Assembly (NCBI RefSeq): GCF_006345805.1
Contig: NW_021837032.1
Coordinates: 1-64,000 of the forward strand
Length of the DNA stretch: 64,000 bases
Source of the DNA: Octopus sinensis
Lineage: Eukaryota
Reading direction: 5' to 3'
Shown here in pieces: positions 42,084 through 55,569 of this stretch. Each line of letters opens with the position of its first letter. Positions within the stretch are counted from its first letter, which is position 1. The notes beneath the pieces were generated by a model, which did not search any database, was not told the DNA's origin, and worked only from the letters and a program-made list of their open reading frames with translations. The position numbers and the translations under genes were made by a program.

Positions 42084-42772
42084 GCGTGTATGTTTTTGTG
42101 TGTCTGTGTTTGTTCCCCTGGCATTGCTTGACAACCGATGCTGGTGTGTTTATGTCCCCGTTACTTAGCGGTTCGGCAAAAGAGACCGATAGAATAAGTA
42201 CTGGGCTTACAAAGAATAAGTCCCGGGGTCGATTTGCTCGACCAAAGGCGGTACTCCAGCATGGCCGCAGTCAAATGACTGAAACAAGTAAAAGAGAAAG
42301 AGAAAAAGAGAGAATGACTAATTTGCAGAGAACATGCCACTTCATCGATGGTCGCTTGTTGGTTCGCCAGAAACATTGCTTCATCTGGTTGAATTTTCAC
42401 ATCAGTGGTGGAGGTTGATGGGTACCCTGCTCCCTCTTCATGCTTCACGCTTGTATAGTCATTTTTAAACATCCCGATCCCCTTATATACGTATATACGT
42501 TTGTAAGAGGTAGATCTGAAGGTGTGCCACTGACACACCTGCAGATCAGAGAAATTAGATCACTGATCTCTGTTCTTCCTTGGTGCAAACTGCCAGCGAA
42601 GTGATCGTGTTTTCAACATAGTCTCCTGGAGCGATCATAGCCAAACGTCGGTTACATAACAACAAGAGTACCGCCTTTTAACACGCGAGCGCTGAATGAC
42701 GTGCGACCCAGCTTAAGGAAAGTTTTGGCGAAAGTGCAGATAATTTTTTTCATTTCTCCTATTATATGGTAT
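40153..42772 (-). mobile_element. full-length degenerate mariner (DD34D-type) transposon interrupted by three family B SINEs (40177-40592, 40993-41423, 41835-42310)
   Basis: In order on the minus strand: AVCTKEEQRSVI, KHEEGAG.PST, TIDEVACSLQISH|HGS, ITGDE (D1), FEPESKRQS, LHDNVRPH (D2), YSPDLDSSD (D3), GIRKLV. Degenerate TIRs TACGAGG..AAAAATTAT and ATAATTTTTTTCATTTCTCCTA. About 1.3 kb remains after removing the SINEs. Confidence 0.85.
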
Positions 42773-43919
42773 ATGCTTTTGTCCCTCATTGTAAGGCCGC
42801 CTGTCGATCTGATGTTTCCACAGAGAAATAATTTCATTAATCAAAGCATGAAAAATTTTAGTGCTTCTGAAGTGACTTCCCCAAAGAGTTGCTACGAAAT
42901 GATTGAGCAAAGTGTTGAGACAGATTTCAACATTGCTAAGATCATCTTGAACGTATGCTTTATGCAGCTTTGAATGCATCACCAAAATGCTGTCGAAACA
43001 GCTGTTGGGGATTTTGAACATCACTTATGTTCTTTAGATAGTTAGATAGATAGACGGATGGACAGATGGATAGAGGGATGGATGGATGGATGGATGGATG
43101 GATGGATGGATGGATGGATGGATGGATGGATGAATAGATTTGTGTGTATAAATATATGAATTAATATATTAGGCCTGAACTAATAAATAGCAGACGTGTC
43201 TCAATTTGGTTCTAACTGGATTAAACTGTAGTTTACAAAGACTATACATAGAATCACTATATACATACCAACGATCTACTGACGCTATTTTAGGAGGAAA
43301 CTGACTTAAGAAACTACAATATTTTCACATACATATACTTACACATGCATGTGTGTGTAGGTGTGTGTGTGTGTGTGTGCGCGCGTAGTATGAATTACTT
43401 GAGACATATCTAGGCATCAGATGATGTTTATAAATGAGCATCATCTTCATCATCATTATCCTCCTCCTCATCATCATCATCATCATCATACAAGCGAGGT
43501 TGCTCGTTTCCGACCCTCTGTGAAAAACATATCGGACCATGGAGAAATATTACTTTGTTCGGAAACCGATGTGAGTTGGCGGCAAGAAGTGCATCCTTCG
43601 GTGGGAAATCTGCCTCAACAATGATGATGATGATGATGATGATGATGTAGAGAGGACATGATGTGAAAGGGAGAAAACTGCATTATCTAAATAGAGTCTC
43701 CAGTATAGGCACGGTTATTGCTACTCTACATTTCACCATGAACAACACACGGAGATATTGTTCCAAGAGAAACTTCAGATAATCCTTTAATACGGACCGT
43801 GTCAATTTTACTTCAAACACGCCTATAAGTGGCTTCTTTCCGCCGTGGGCGATATAATGCAAGGAGGAATATCAATGGCTGACATACTTAACCACCTGTA
43901 ATGCAAAATCTAAAATATA

Positions 43920-45322
43920 CAAGATGGGTGGAGAGTAACAATGTAGTAGAAATTGTTTATAGAATTTTTAGTATCACTGAAGGTATCATGAAATTGGTTT
44001 TTAAATGGCACAGGAGTGGCTGTGTGGTAAGTAGCTTGTGAGTGGATTTTGTAGACGGAAACACGGAAACTGAAAGAAGCCCGTCGTATATATGTATGTA
44101 TATATGTGTGTGTGTGTGTGTGTGTGTTTGTCCCCCCAACATCGCTTGACAACTGGTGCTGGTGTGTTTACGTCCCCGTAACTTAGCGGTTCGGCAAAAA
44201 AGACCGATAGAATAAGTACTAGGCTTACAAAGAATAAGTCCTGGGGTCGATTTGCTCGACTAAAGGCGGTGCTCCAGCATGGCCGCAGTCAAAATGACTG
44301 AAACAAGTAAAAGAGTAAAAGAGTTAACGAGAAACAGACAACACTAATGGGGATTTTTTAATTTTTTTTTTTATTGTCTTATTTCTTGTTTTCCAGATGG
44401 CCGGTCACTTGACTGGTGAGGAGCGAGCTAAGAGAGCAGCACGCTATGGAGTGTGGAATTCCATTGTTTCGGTTCAGAGATGGTGGCGTGCATGGAAAGG
44501 TTAGCATGCAACAATAAAAAGTTGTCGTGCAAAGCTGATGACCACAGGCTCTGTGAATGATGGAAGAAGAAGTGGCCGTCCGACCACATCCCGATCAGCG
44601 GAGAACGTGACAACAGTGCAGGAAATGTTTAGTCGCAGCCTACGAAAATCAATATGGCAAGCAGCTTGTGAAAGTGGACTAACAAGACACACAATACGTA
44701 CGGTGTTGCAGAAAGAATTGAATTTTCGTCCATAGAAACACCATTGTGTGCATGAGCTAAAACCTGAAGACTGCGAGCGCAGTATGGAATATGGAATGGC
44801 CTCCAAGAAGTCCAGATCTCACTCCTTGTGACTTTTACACATGGGTTTACACAGAAGAGGAGGTGTTGCATAAAGAATTGAATTTTCGTCCATGGAAACA
44901 CCATTGTGTGCATGAGCTAAAACCTGAAGACTGCGAGCGCAGTATGGAATATGGAATGGCCTCCAAGAAGTTCAGATCTCACTCCTTGTGATTTTTACAC
45001 ATGGGGTTACACAAAAGAGGAGGTGTACAAGACAAAACCTCACACACTGGGAGACTTGAAGACACGGATTCAGGAGGTTCTTAATGATATCCTAGATGGC
45101 ATCCTTCAGAAGGTTGTTCAATCTCCACTCCTGGCCGTTTTAGGAAACTGGTTGACGCCATGGCACCAGTGCTTACGTTGAAATATGAAGACTTACTTAT
45201 GAAGACTTACTTTCATTTTCTCATGTAATAAATAACATGTATCGTTTGTTTCAATAAATTTGTAAAAGGAATATGTATTTTATTATCAATTTTTAAGGCC
45301 TACTTACTTTTCACCCACCCTG
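43920..45322 (+). mobile_element. internally deleted Tc1/mariner-superfamily element (WPPRSPDL type) with a SINE B insertion (44008-44325) and a 160-bp tandem duplication
   Basis: GSVNDGRRSGRP, RKSIWQAA..SGLTRHTIRTVLQKEL, WPPRSPDLTPCDFYTWGY.KEEVY. TIR-like ends (TA)CAAGATGGGTGGAGAGTAA and TTACTTTTCACCCACCCTG. Confidence 0.8.
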
Positions 45323-45469
45323 TTTATATAGAAAAGTCTTTAATTTGATTTCTTCATTGAATATTAAAAAATGAAACCAGTTATTTAGAAGCTGTTGGGC
45401 TGTGAAGGGATCAAACTGTGTAGTTAAATGGTTTGGAGTCACGTAAGAAGTTCTATGATAGTATACTGT

Positions 45470-45775
45470 TTGTTTGTTCCTTCTCGATCCATGCCTGGCT
45501 CATAAGGGCCGGTTTCCCGGTTTCTTGGCGTATAGGTTCCCCTCCTGGACGGGACGCCGGTCCATCGTAGGTGAGCTGCAAGATGCAGGAAGAAAGAGTG
45601 AGAGAAAGTTGTGGCGAAAGAGTCAGCAGAGGTTTCGCCATTACCTTCTGCCGGGGCTGCGTGAAGCTTAGGTGTTTCGCTCATAAACACACACATCGCC
45701 CGGTCTGAGATTCGAACCCGCGATCCCTCGACCGCGAGTCCGCTGCTCTAACCACTAGGCCATGTGCCTCCACTT
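45470..45775 (-). mobile_element. SINE family A, tail type 4, with 12-bp TSD
   Basis: ATAGTATACTGT at 45458-45469 and 45776-45787. Confidence 0.88.
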
Positions 45776-46633
45776 ATAGTATACTGTAATTGTTCTTCTA
45801 TAACAGTACGCACATTATGTGACTATACGAGTTCTTTGAATTTCTGGCAGCATAATAAGCGTGTTGAAAGTCGATTACGAGTCGCCAAAGGTGTATCATT
45901 TTTATGTGGTTATAATAATTCTGTTGGAGCGGAAGCTTTCCAAAATCTCAGCAAATACTTGTCGAATTATCAGCATCTGCCAAAAAGTCCCAATTGTCTG
46001 TTTAAATATTTAGACGAGGCTAAATACAGTTTAATATGATAGTCTATTTTGTGAGGCATAATTGACGTTGTCTTGTACCATCAACGTATCGTCTGCTTCG
46101 TCTTCGGATTTTGTATGTTATTTGATAAGCAATATATTTCTCCTCCAGCTTCAAATATAATTAGAAAAGGCTGTTGTTTTCTGTTATCGATACGTCTGAA
46201 GGAAGCACTGCGGTAGGTGTATAGTGTCTCGAATTTTCCCACTACTATTCTAATGTAACATTCGCTATCGGCTGATCCGTTTGAGTTTATAGAAAGAAAC
46301 ATTTTATGGACATAAGCCATTCATAAACTGATTCCTTGATTTTTCCATACTCATCGAGTGAACATCTTGCTATGGGAGATCTTTCTTGTTTATAAGTTAT
46401 GATGCTTTCATATTTAGAGTGCCATAATAACTCGTTTTCAAACCGCTTGTTAAAAATTACCCTAAAGCTTTAAGGGGTAAGAAAGTGTATAATCTACTAA
46501 TACTATCTTTAATGAAAATAGGCTTGTAAATCATACAGTATTTTGAAGGACTATTCTTAGTTCGGGGTAGATAATATCTAGTTTAATCTTTGAAACTGCA
46601 ATTTACTAGAACACTTTTGTGAAATGGAGCTAT

Positions 46634-46799
46634 GCGTAGGAGTGGCTGTGTGGTAAGAAGCTTGCTTACCAACCACATGGTTCCGGGTTCAGTCCCGCTA
46701 CGTGGCACCTTGGGCAAGTGTCTTCTACTATAGCCTCGGGCCGACCAAAGCCTTGTGAGTGGATTTGGTAGACGGAAACTGAAAGAAGCCCGTCGTATA

Positions 46800-46890
<91 letters not shown>

Positions 46891-47838
46891 TTGTTTGTGT
46901 GCATATATTGTGTGTCTGTGTTTGTCCCCCCAACATCGCTTGACAACCAATGCTGGTGTGTTGACGTCCCCGTAAACTTAGCGGTTCGGCAAAAAAGAGA
47001 CCGATAGAATAAGTACTAGGCTTACAAAGAATAAGTCCTGGTGTCGACTTGCTCGACTAAAGGTGGTGCTCCAGCATGGCCGCAGTCAAATGACTGAAAC
47101 AAGTAAAAGAGTAAAAGAGTATTCTATCAAAGACAGCTAGATGAGAGATCAGAGATTTTTTCTGCTAATATTATTGATTAGATTTTTGAAATGTGTGAAC
47201 AGCTATGAAAATTTAGTGTTCATTTATTATAGGGCTTATAAATATTGATGTCTGAATTAAGGGTGACACCTACGAAGTTCACGGTCTTTAGATTGATATT
47301 AATATTTAATTTTGGGGCTGGATTATTGAAGCTACTCACGAGGTCTTTCCAAAATCCATGTAACTCGTACCAATCTGTGTATATGTGTGTTATTCTAGCT
47401 AAACTGTCATGGCTATATAAATCGATGCTGACTTTTTGAATCGACTCTTCAAAACAGCCAATATATACAGACCACCGATGTCACATAAATTTACAGTGTC
47501 GTACAACCTGATCCAACCTTCATATTGGATGTCTCGGATGAATCAATTTTTTTCTCCCAAAGTTAATCTTTATCAAAGACTGGGGGCCTATTTAACATAT
47601 AAGTTTATGTCATCTTACTCTCTTTTTCTCTTTTACTCTTTTACTTGTTTCAGTCATTTGACTGCGGCCATGCTGGAGCACCGCCTTTAGTCGAGCAAAT
47701 CGACTCCGGGACTTATTCTTTGTAAGCCCAGTACTTATTCTATCGGTCTCTTTTGCCGAACCGCTAAGTGACGGCGACGTAATCCCACCAGCATCAGTTG
47801 TCAAGCAAAGCTAGGGGGACAAACACAGACATACAAAT

Positions 47839-47902
<64 letters not shown>

Positions 47903-48066
47903 GACGGGCTTCCTTTCAGTTTCCGTCTACCAAATCCACTCACAAGGCTTTGGTCGGCCCGAGGCTATAGTAGAAGACACTTGCCCAAGATGTCACGCAG
48001 TGGGACTGAACCCGGAACCATGTGGTTGGTAAGCAAGCTACTTACCACACAGCCACCCCTGCGCCT
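46634..48066. mobile_element. inverted pair of SINE family B copies: 46634-47120 (+) and 47613-48066 (-)
   Basis: Two full-length copies, tail to tail, about 490 bp apart. Confidence 0.85.
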
Positions 48067-48179
48067 AATCGAAATATCTTTTCTTAACGAAGTCTGGTGT
48101 CCCTCTTTGTAGAGAATAAGAACGCCACTCGTAACATCTAATACTATCGGACTGTTTCTCACAAATATTATAACACCAT

Positions 48180-48640
48180 ATCAAGGCGACGGGCTGGCAG
48201 AATCGTTAAGCACGCCAGGCAAAATGTTCATCGGTATTTCGTCTGTTTTGACATTCTGAGTTCAAATTCCGCTAAGGTCGACTTTGCCTTTCATCCTTTC
48301 GGGATCGATAAAATAAGTACCAATTGAATAATGGGGGCTATGTAATCGCTTTAACCTCTCCCCCGGATTTACAGGCCTTGTGCCAAAATTTGAAACCAAT
48401 ATTATAACACCACTTCAAGGCGAGGAGCTGGCAGAATGGTTAGCACGTCGGACAAAATTCTCAGTGGCATTTCGTCCATCTTTACCTTCTGAGTTCAAAT
48501 TCCGCCAAGGTCGACTTTGCCTTTCATCCCTTTCGAGGTCGATAAAAAAAAGTACCAGTTGAACACTGGGGTCGATCTAATTGTCTTAACCTCTTCCCTG
48601 AAATTGCTGGCCTTTTGCCAAAATTTTAAACTATTATTAC
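48180..48640 (+). mobile_element. two diverged SINE family C copies
   Basis: Family C head and domain. Confidence 0.7.
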
Positions 48641-49309
48641 ACCACTTGATTGTTATGTTCTATTCTTGTAAATTAATTCCTCTCTCAATTCTGTTGTTAA
48701 TATTACTTTGTAATTTTTTACTGATTAGCTCCAATTTCTGTGTTAGATGGTTTTATATTCCTGTATCAGGTCTCAGTGGCAAAGTCTTCTTTATGATCAT
48801 TAACAGTGAGATATGCCACACGCTTCCATAGACATTCCGTTCTTTCATCTAATTTTATTTTCTTGGCTCTGGCTTTTACCATGGTGTTAATGTTTTCACA
48901 TGTCTGTACAGTAGTATTTTTTCTTATAATTTTCAGTTATGTTATTCTTAAAGAACAGCGTGTATCTGACGGAATCTACTTAATATAAATCATTAGTCTC
49001 ATTAAAAAAACACCTAAATGTGATAGTGGTATTCTTAATGTATATAATATCAGTTCTAAGTTTCTGCTGGAATGTTCTAGGGTAAAAATGGAATTTGATG
49101 TGAGTAGCCAAGTCAAGTCTACTTCAAAGGATGCGAGGTCTTTCATACTAGAGAAAGGTTGCTTCTCGTTCTATTAAAGCATTCTATAGATGTTGACTTA
49201 GAGTAGAATAATACAGACTGTTATATATTATTTATTACATAACAGAACCATTTCAAGTCTCTCCCTGCCTGTTACCCGCTTATTAACCATAGACAACAGG
49301 GCGATTTAT

Positions 49310-49830
49310 TTCTTCTCAGTACTGGAGAAAGGATCCAGTAAAATCCTCTTCGAAAGAGTGAAAAGTGAAGAGAAGATGAGAGAGAATCAGTCTGATTTTA
49401 GACCTGGTTGAGGCACTCTTGATAACATTTTTATGATCAGACAGATAAAACGGGAAAGAAAAAACAACATCAAATGTCCTTATACTTCAGTGTCATTGAC
49501 CTTAAAGCTACCATCGACACGAAAAGATGAAAGGGTCTTTGAGAAACGAGGACAGCAACAGATGTTAATCTCAGCGCGTAGAAATTATAGAGGAACCATG
49601 CAACAATACCGAGTGAATCGTGGTCGGGGAGGGTCAATGGACGAATTCATTGGAAGTGGATATGGGTCTGAGATAAGGTTACTTGCTACCGCCATACTTG
49701 TTTTGACATCTGAAATTTATCATGAAAGAACTGAACAATACATATGAAAGTCTGATAGATATTGACATCTTCTTCATACTCATTAGCTGAGCTGATAACA
49801 TAAGCATAATGTCGACGATCTTTAACAAAC
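49310..49830 (+). pseudogene. highly degenerate LINE (RTE-like) reverse transcriptase fragment
   Basis: LLSVLEK..SKILFERVK..MRENQSDFRPG*GTLDNIFMIRQI, then IDLKA; typical early RT subdomains. Confidence 0.55.
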
Positions 49831-50489
49831 TAAATAGTAACCACTGGACAGATAAACGAAGAATATAAAACAAAGAATAAGAGAATATGATAATAGATTG
49901 ACACAGACTGCAAGATACTATCGCCTAGCAAAGTAATTATTATATTAGACGGTTTTAAAGTGGAACAGGTCATACAGTTTGTTTATGTGTCTCGACAGTA
50001 GAGTACCAAACGAGTTAAAAGACGCGGGAAAAGGGTTTCATTTGCATCTAAAGCGTTTGGAAGGTTGAGAAAGACAGACAGGCAGACGTGATAGACAGAC
50101 ATGACAGACATGACTGACAGACAGACATGATAGACAGACAGACCGACAGACTGACAGACGGGCGTTGAAATTAAGTGTATTAGAACTGTGCCAAAAGATA
50201 AACGCAATGTGATCAGGCATACGAACTCTGTTTCACGTGCTGAGGAAGGGATGTGTGATGGGTGGGTCTCGGCGGAGTGGTGAGGTGATGCGGTGGCTCA
50301 TAATGGTGGTGATGGTGGTGATGGTGGTGGTGGCTGCGGCGGTGGTAGTGGTGGCAGCGGTGGTGGTGATGCTTTTCGGGATGGTGGCGTCGGTGATGAC
50401 GGTGATGATGGCGGCGGTAAAGATATTAATTAAGAATACGCTGTGTTTTGGTCTCGAGGAGCAAGCGTGTTTGCAGTTGCAGAAATATA

Positions 50490-51042
50490 TACACACACAT
50501 GCACGCACGCAGACATACACACACACACACGCACACATTCACATACTCATGTATATGCATGTATATATACATACACATATACCTATACGCACACACAGAT
50601 ATATATGTGTGTGTGTGTGTATATACATATATACACATACATAGATATATGCATGCATGCAGGCATACATACATGCGTATATACAAATGTACATATATTC
50701 ATATATATATGCATACATATATATATATACACAAACGCGCGCACACATACATAGATATATGCATGCATGCATGTTGACATACATACATATATACATATAT
50801 ATACATATACATACATATACATACATATATTTATATACATATATATATATATACACATATATACATACATAATATATATATATATATATACGCACACACA
50901 GATATATGCAAACATATATACATACATACATACATACATACATACATGCATACATACATATAGACATGCATGCATACATACATACATGCATGCATACATA
51001 CATACATACATACATACATACATACATACATACATACATACA

Positions 51043-51072
<30 letters not shown>
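50490..51072 (+). repeat. compound (TA/CA/TACA)n microsatellite
   Basis: Direct inspection. Confidence 0.95.
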
Positions 51073-51073
<1 letters not shown>

Positions 51074-51324
51074 GGAGCCGAGCCAAGTCGTTGTGTAGCT
51101 AACAACTTTGCTTCGCAGACAGATTTGATCTTTGTGTTAGAGTTCAATGCTTTTCACTTTTTAAACAATGTGGCCATCAAGCATAAAAGAACCTGGAATG
51201 CAACAAAAGAGGAAGAACAAATCGTAGAATCAAAGATGAGGAGCCAGTTACCTTGCAACAGAGCGATGGGGAAAAGAATGCGTATAGTTAGACTTGGACA
51301 ACCTATAACGTGTAACCGAGGAAG

Positions 51325-52245
51325 GCGGCGAGCTGGCAGAAACGTTAGCACGCCGGGCGAAATGCGTTGCCGTATTTCGTCTGCCATTACGTTCTGTGTT
51401 CAAATTCCGCCGAGGATCGACTTTGCCTTTCATCCTTTCGAGGTCGATGAATTAAGTACCAGTTACGCACTGGGGTCGATGTTATCGACTTAATCCGTTT
51501 GTCTGTCCTTGTTTGTCCCCTCTGTGTTTAGCCCTTTGTGGGTAATAAAGAAATAGGTATTTCGTCTGCCGCTACGTTCTGAGTTCAAATTCAGCCGGGG
51601 TCGACTTTACCTTTCATCCTTTCGGGGTCGATAAATTAAGTAGCAGCTACGCACTGGAGTCGATGTTATCGACTTAATCCCTTTGTCTGTCCTTGTTTTA
51701 TCCCCTCTATGTTTAGCCCCTTGAGGGTAGTAAAGAAATATATAACGTGTAACCGAGGAGAGAGAACCAAGAAAATAAATAATTATGACGAAAGAAAAAT
51801 ACAACTAAACATGAAGATCCATGGTTAACTGTATTGAGAACAACAGGAGCAGGTGCAGCTGTGTGGTAAGAAGTTTACTTCTCAACTCCATGGTTCTGGT
51901 TTCAATCCCACTGCGTGACACCTTCGACAAGTGTCTGCTACTGTAGCCTCGGGCAGACCAAAGCGTTGTGAGTGGATTTCGTCTGTCTTTACGTTCTGAG
52001 TTCAAATTACGCCGAGGTCCAGTTTGCCTTTCATCCTTTCGGAGTCGATAAATTAAGTACCAGTTACGCACTGGAGTCGATGATATCGACTTAATCCCTT
52101 CGTCTGTCCCTGTTTATCCCCTCTATGTTTAGCCCCTTGTGGGTAATAAAGAAATAGGTATTTCGTCTGTCTTTACGTTCAAAGTTCAAATTCCGCCGAA
52201 GTCCATTTTGCCTTTCATCCTTTCGGGGTCGATAAATTAAGAGCA
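51325..52245 (+). mobile_element. tandem SINE family C copies with a family B head at about 51850-51975
   Basis: Repeated family C domains. Confidence 0.8.
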
Positions 52246-52478
52246 GAAACGAAGAATAACGTCGAGAGTGACTTCGAAGTATCGACCTGTCAACAGCCCT
52301 ATGAAGCCTGCACGCCGCAACTTCGAAGTAATTGTCAGCACTATTGTTGTAAAAGAATAATATATATGTGAGTGCGTGTGTGTTCCTTTGTTTCAACCAT
52401 TTGACTACGTCGTTTCTCGAGCACCCATCTCCAAAGAATTTTAACCAACGAAATCTTTCCCAGTCTTATATTGATTCT

Positions 52479-52790
52479 GTGGAGGCGCAATGGCCCAGTG
52501 GTTAAGGCAGCGAACTCGCGGTTGTAGGATCGCGGTTTCGATTCCCAGACCGGGCGTTGTGAGTGTTTATTGAGCGAAAACACCTAAAGTTCCACGAGGT
52601 TCCGGCCGGAGAAGGTAGTGGCGATCCCTGCTGTACTCTTTCGCCACAACTTTCTCTCACTCTTTCTTCTGTTGGCCTGCTCGCTTAGCCAGCGGGATGG
52701 CTACATTTGAAGGCTAAAACAGTGCGAAGCGCATTGTGACCAGCGATGGGTAGTAACATCTGATTTACTGGTCGGTCACGGTGATCACGG
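52479..52790 (+). mobile_element. SINE family A, tail type 3
   Basis: Matches 18393-18680. Confidence 0.8.
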
Positions 52791-52941
52791 TGATATTGAT
52801 TCTTATGGTCTGCGCAGTGCAATAAGTAGAGAAAAATACTTGTCCAAAAGAGCTGTGCTGTGGGACTGAGCACAAAACCATGTGGTTGCGTAGCGAACGT
52901 GTTAAGCACGTGGATATGCCTGCGTTTTAAAATAGGCCATA

Positions 52942-53332
52942 TCTTTATATATAAAAGTGAAGTTGTGCGTCTGTCTCCTACGATTTAGATTCCTAACTAC
53001 TCCCACATTTTGCGGTGCAGTTTAACCAAAACCGGGTATCTTATAGTCGGGATTCATATCGGCCTTTGAGATTAGCGCGCGTCTACGATGAGTCTACGAT
53101 CTAAAAAAAATTTACCATCATTTTTTCCATTTTAATGCATTTTTTCGCTATTATATAAGGGAAGTAACTCTCTAAAATGTCTACGATGAGTCAACGATTT
53201 AAAAAAAAAATTTACCATCATTTTTTTTTCCATTTTAATGCATTTTTTTGCTATTTTTTGCTATAACTCTCTAAAAATGCTTATATAGTTATTTCCCTTA
53301 CAAACCCGAGCAACGCCGGGCGATACTGCTAG
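52942..53332 (+). mobile_element. non-autonomous Helitron with canonical ends
   Basis: A|TC at the 5' end; CCCG-AGCAACGC-CGGG hairpin then CTAG|T at the 3' end; internal ~90-bp tandem duplication. Confidence 0.8.
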
Positions 53333-53533
53333 TAGTTACATAAGACGAAATGCCGATAAGCATTTTACCTGGGGTGCTGATGATTCTGCCAGCTCACCGC
53401 CTTAAAATTTGAAATATTCTTTTCTACTCTAGGCACAAGGCCCAAAGTTTTGGGGGAGGGGGGGCAGTCGATTAGATGGACTCCAATGAAAGGCAAAGTC
53501 GACCTCGGTGGAATTTGAACTCAGAACATAAAG

Positions 53534-53922
53534 GGAGTGGCTGTGTGGAAAGTAGCCTGCTTACGAACCACATAGTTCCGGGTTCAGTCCCACTGCGTGG
53601 CATCTTGGGCAAGTGTCTTCTATTATAGCCTCAGATTTGGTAGGATTTGGATTTGGTAGACGGAAACTGAAAGAAGCCCGTCGTATATATGTATATGTAT
53701 ACATGTGTGTGTGTTTGTTTGTCTGTGTTTGTCCCCACCACCCAACATCGCCTGATAACAGATGCTGCTGTGTTTATGTCCCCGTAACTTAGCGGTTCGG
53801 CAAAAGAGACCGATAGAATAAGTACTGGGCTTACAAAGAGTAAGTCCTGGGGGCGATTTGCTCGACTAAAGGCGGTGCTCCAGCATAGCCGCAGTCAAAT
53901 GACTGAAACAAGTAAAAGAGTA
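53534..53922 (+). mobile_element. SINE family B nested in family C sequence
   Basis: Full-length match. Confidence 0.8.
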
Positions 53923-54279
53923 AGCATTTAGCCCGGCGTGCAAACATTTCATATTTCTTTATTGCCCACAAGGGGACAAACAAGAGGACAAACAAGAGGA
54001 CAAACAAGGGGACAGACCACCGTTGTCCTAATTGTTGCTTTGCCCTAGGCCGACCTTCTTCCAGGAGACCTCATTATCAAAGACGCCCATTCTATGACTA
54101 TCCCACCTTTTTGTTTTTGTTTAATATTCTTACATAATATACCTGGGAGTGTTTTTATCTGATGCGTCATATCTATTTTTAAAACGATGCCGCGTAATTC
54201 CAGCAAGATTTTGGTGGAGCTGCTATTTCTGGCCGGCCGGTCTGTCACGTAACGCCTCATTGTTTACCTTCAGTTTATA

Positions 54280-54675
54280 ACAGTTGTTGTTGTTGGTGGT
54301 GGTGGTGGTGGTGGTGGTGATGGTGGTGGTAGTGTTGTTGTTGGTGTTGTTTTTGTTGTTGTTGGTGGTGGTGGTGTTTGTTGTTTGTTGTTGTTGTTGG
54401 TTTTGGTGTTTTGGTGTTGTTGTTGTTGTTGGTGATGGTGGTGATGGTGGTGGTGGTGTTGTTGGTGGTAGTGTTTTGGTATTGTTGTTGTTGGTGATGG
54501 TGGTGGTGGTGGTGGTGGTGGTGGTGGTGGTGGTGGTGGTGGTGTTTTGGTGTTCTTGTTGTTGTTTTGGTGTTCTTGTTGTTGTTGTTGTGGTTGTTGT
54601 TGTTGTAGTTGGTGGTCGTGGTGGTGTTTTGGTGTTGTTGTTGTTGGTGGTGGTGGTGTTGGTGTTGTTGTTGTA
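54280..54675 (+). repeat. (GGT/TGT)n trinucleotide array
   Basis: Direct inspection. Confidence 0.95.
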
Positions 54676-55057
54676 TAAAGCGGCGAGCTGGCAGAATCGT
54701 TAGCAGCGTTCAAATTTCGCCCGAGGTCGACACTTTGCTCTTTTCATCCTTTTCGAGGTCGATAAAATAAGTACCAGTTACACACTGGGGTCGATGTAAT
54801 CGATTGAGCCACTTCCCCAAAAATTTCAGGCCTTGTGCCTTTACTAAAAAGGTTATCGTAAATATAGCTGCTGCTGTTTTTGTGGTTGTTGTTCTTGACA
54901 ACGACGAAAGTAAGTGGTGGGGTGATGATGTTTATGTGAAGTATTTGTGAATAGTGGGTCAGCTGCCTCCCATAACAGTGCATCTTTTTCTATCCTTCTC
55001 TTTCACACTCTCATAAAATTTCTCTCTCTCTCACTCTCTCTCTCTCTCTCTCTCCTC

Positions 55058-55088
<31 letters not shown>

Positions 55089-55569
55089 CTATCTCTATCT
55101 CAGTCTATCTGTCTGTCTGTAAATATGTAAGAGTACATGTATACATATAACTACATGTTAGAGTTTACAATGAAGTGGAAAATGTATAGAAAACAAAGGC
55201 AAAGTGTATTTATTTAAGTAAATAAAAGTAAAGAACTTCTCCCGTAAAGGGACATAACTCTTGGACCTTAAAGGGGCGTAACTCACAAACTCATCTCAGT
55301 TGACGGTCAATTGTAAATATACTCACAAGTAAAATATTTATATACACTGACACACTCACACACACACACACACATATATATATATACACACGCGCACACA
55401 CACACACACACACATACACACGTAGGCACACACACGCACACACACACATGCTGAGTGTTTTCTGTCTGCTACAGCAATTTTCGACCGGGGTCAATATGAC
55501 CCTTAGGGGACCACATAAGGTTTTGTTAAGATTTAGGTAAAATATTTTGGACTATTTTTCTTTATACAA

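Noticed and set aside
45800-46330. Possible piggyBac-like transposase remnant (IVQDNVNYASQ)
   Set aside because: Single weak motif and multiple stops in all frames
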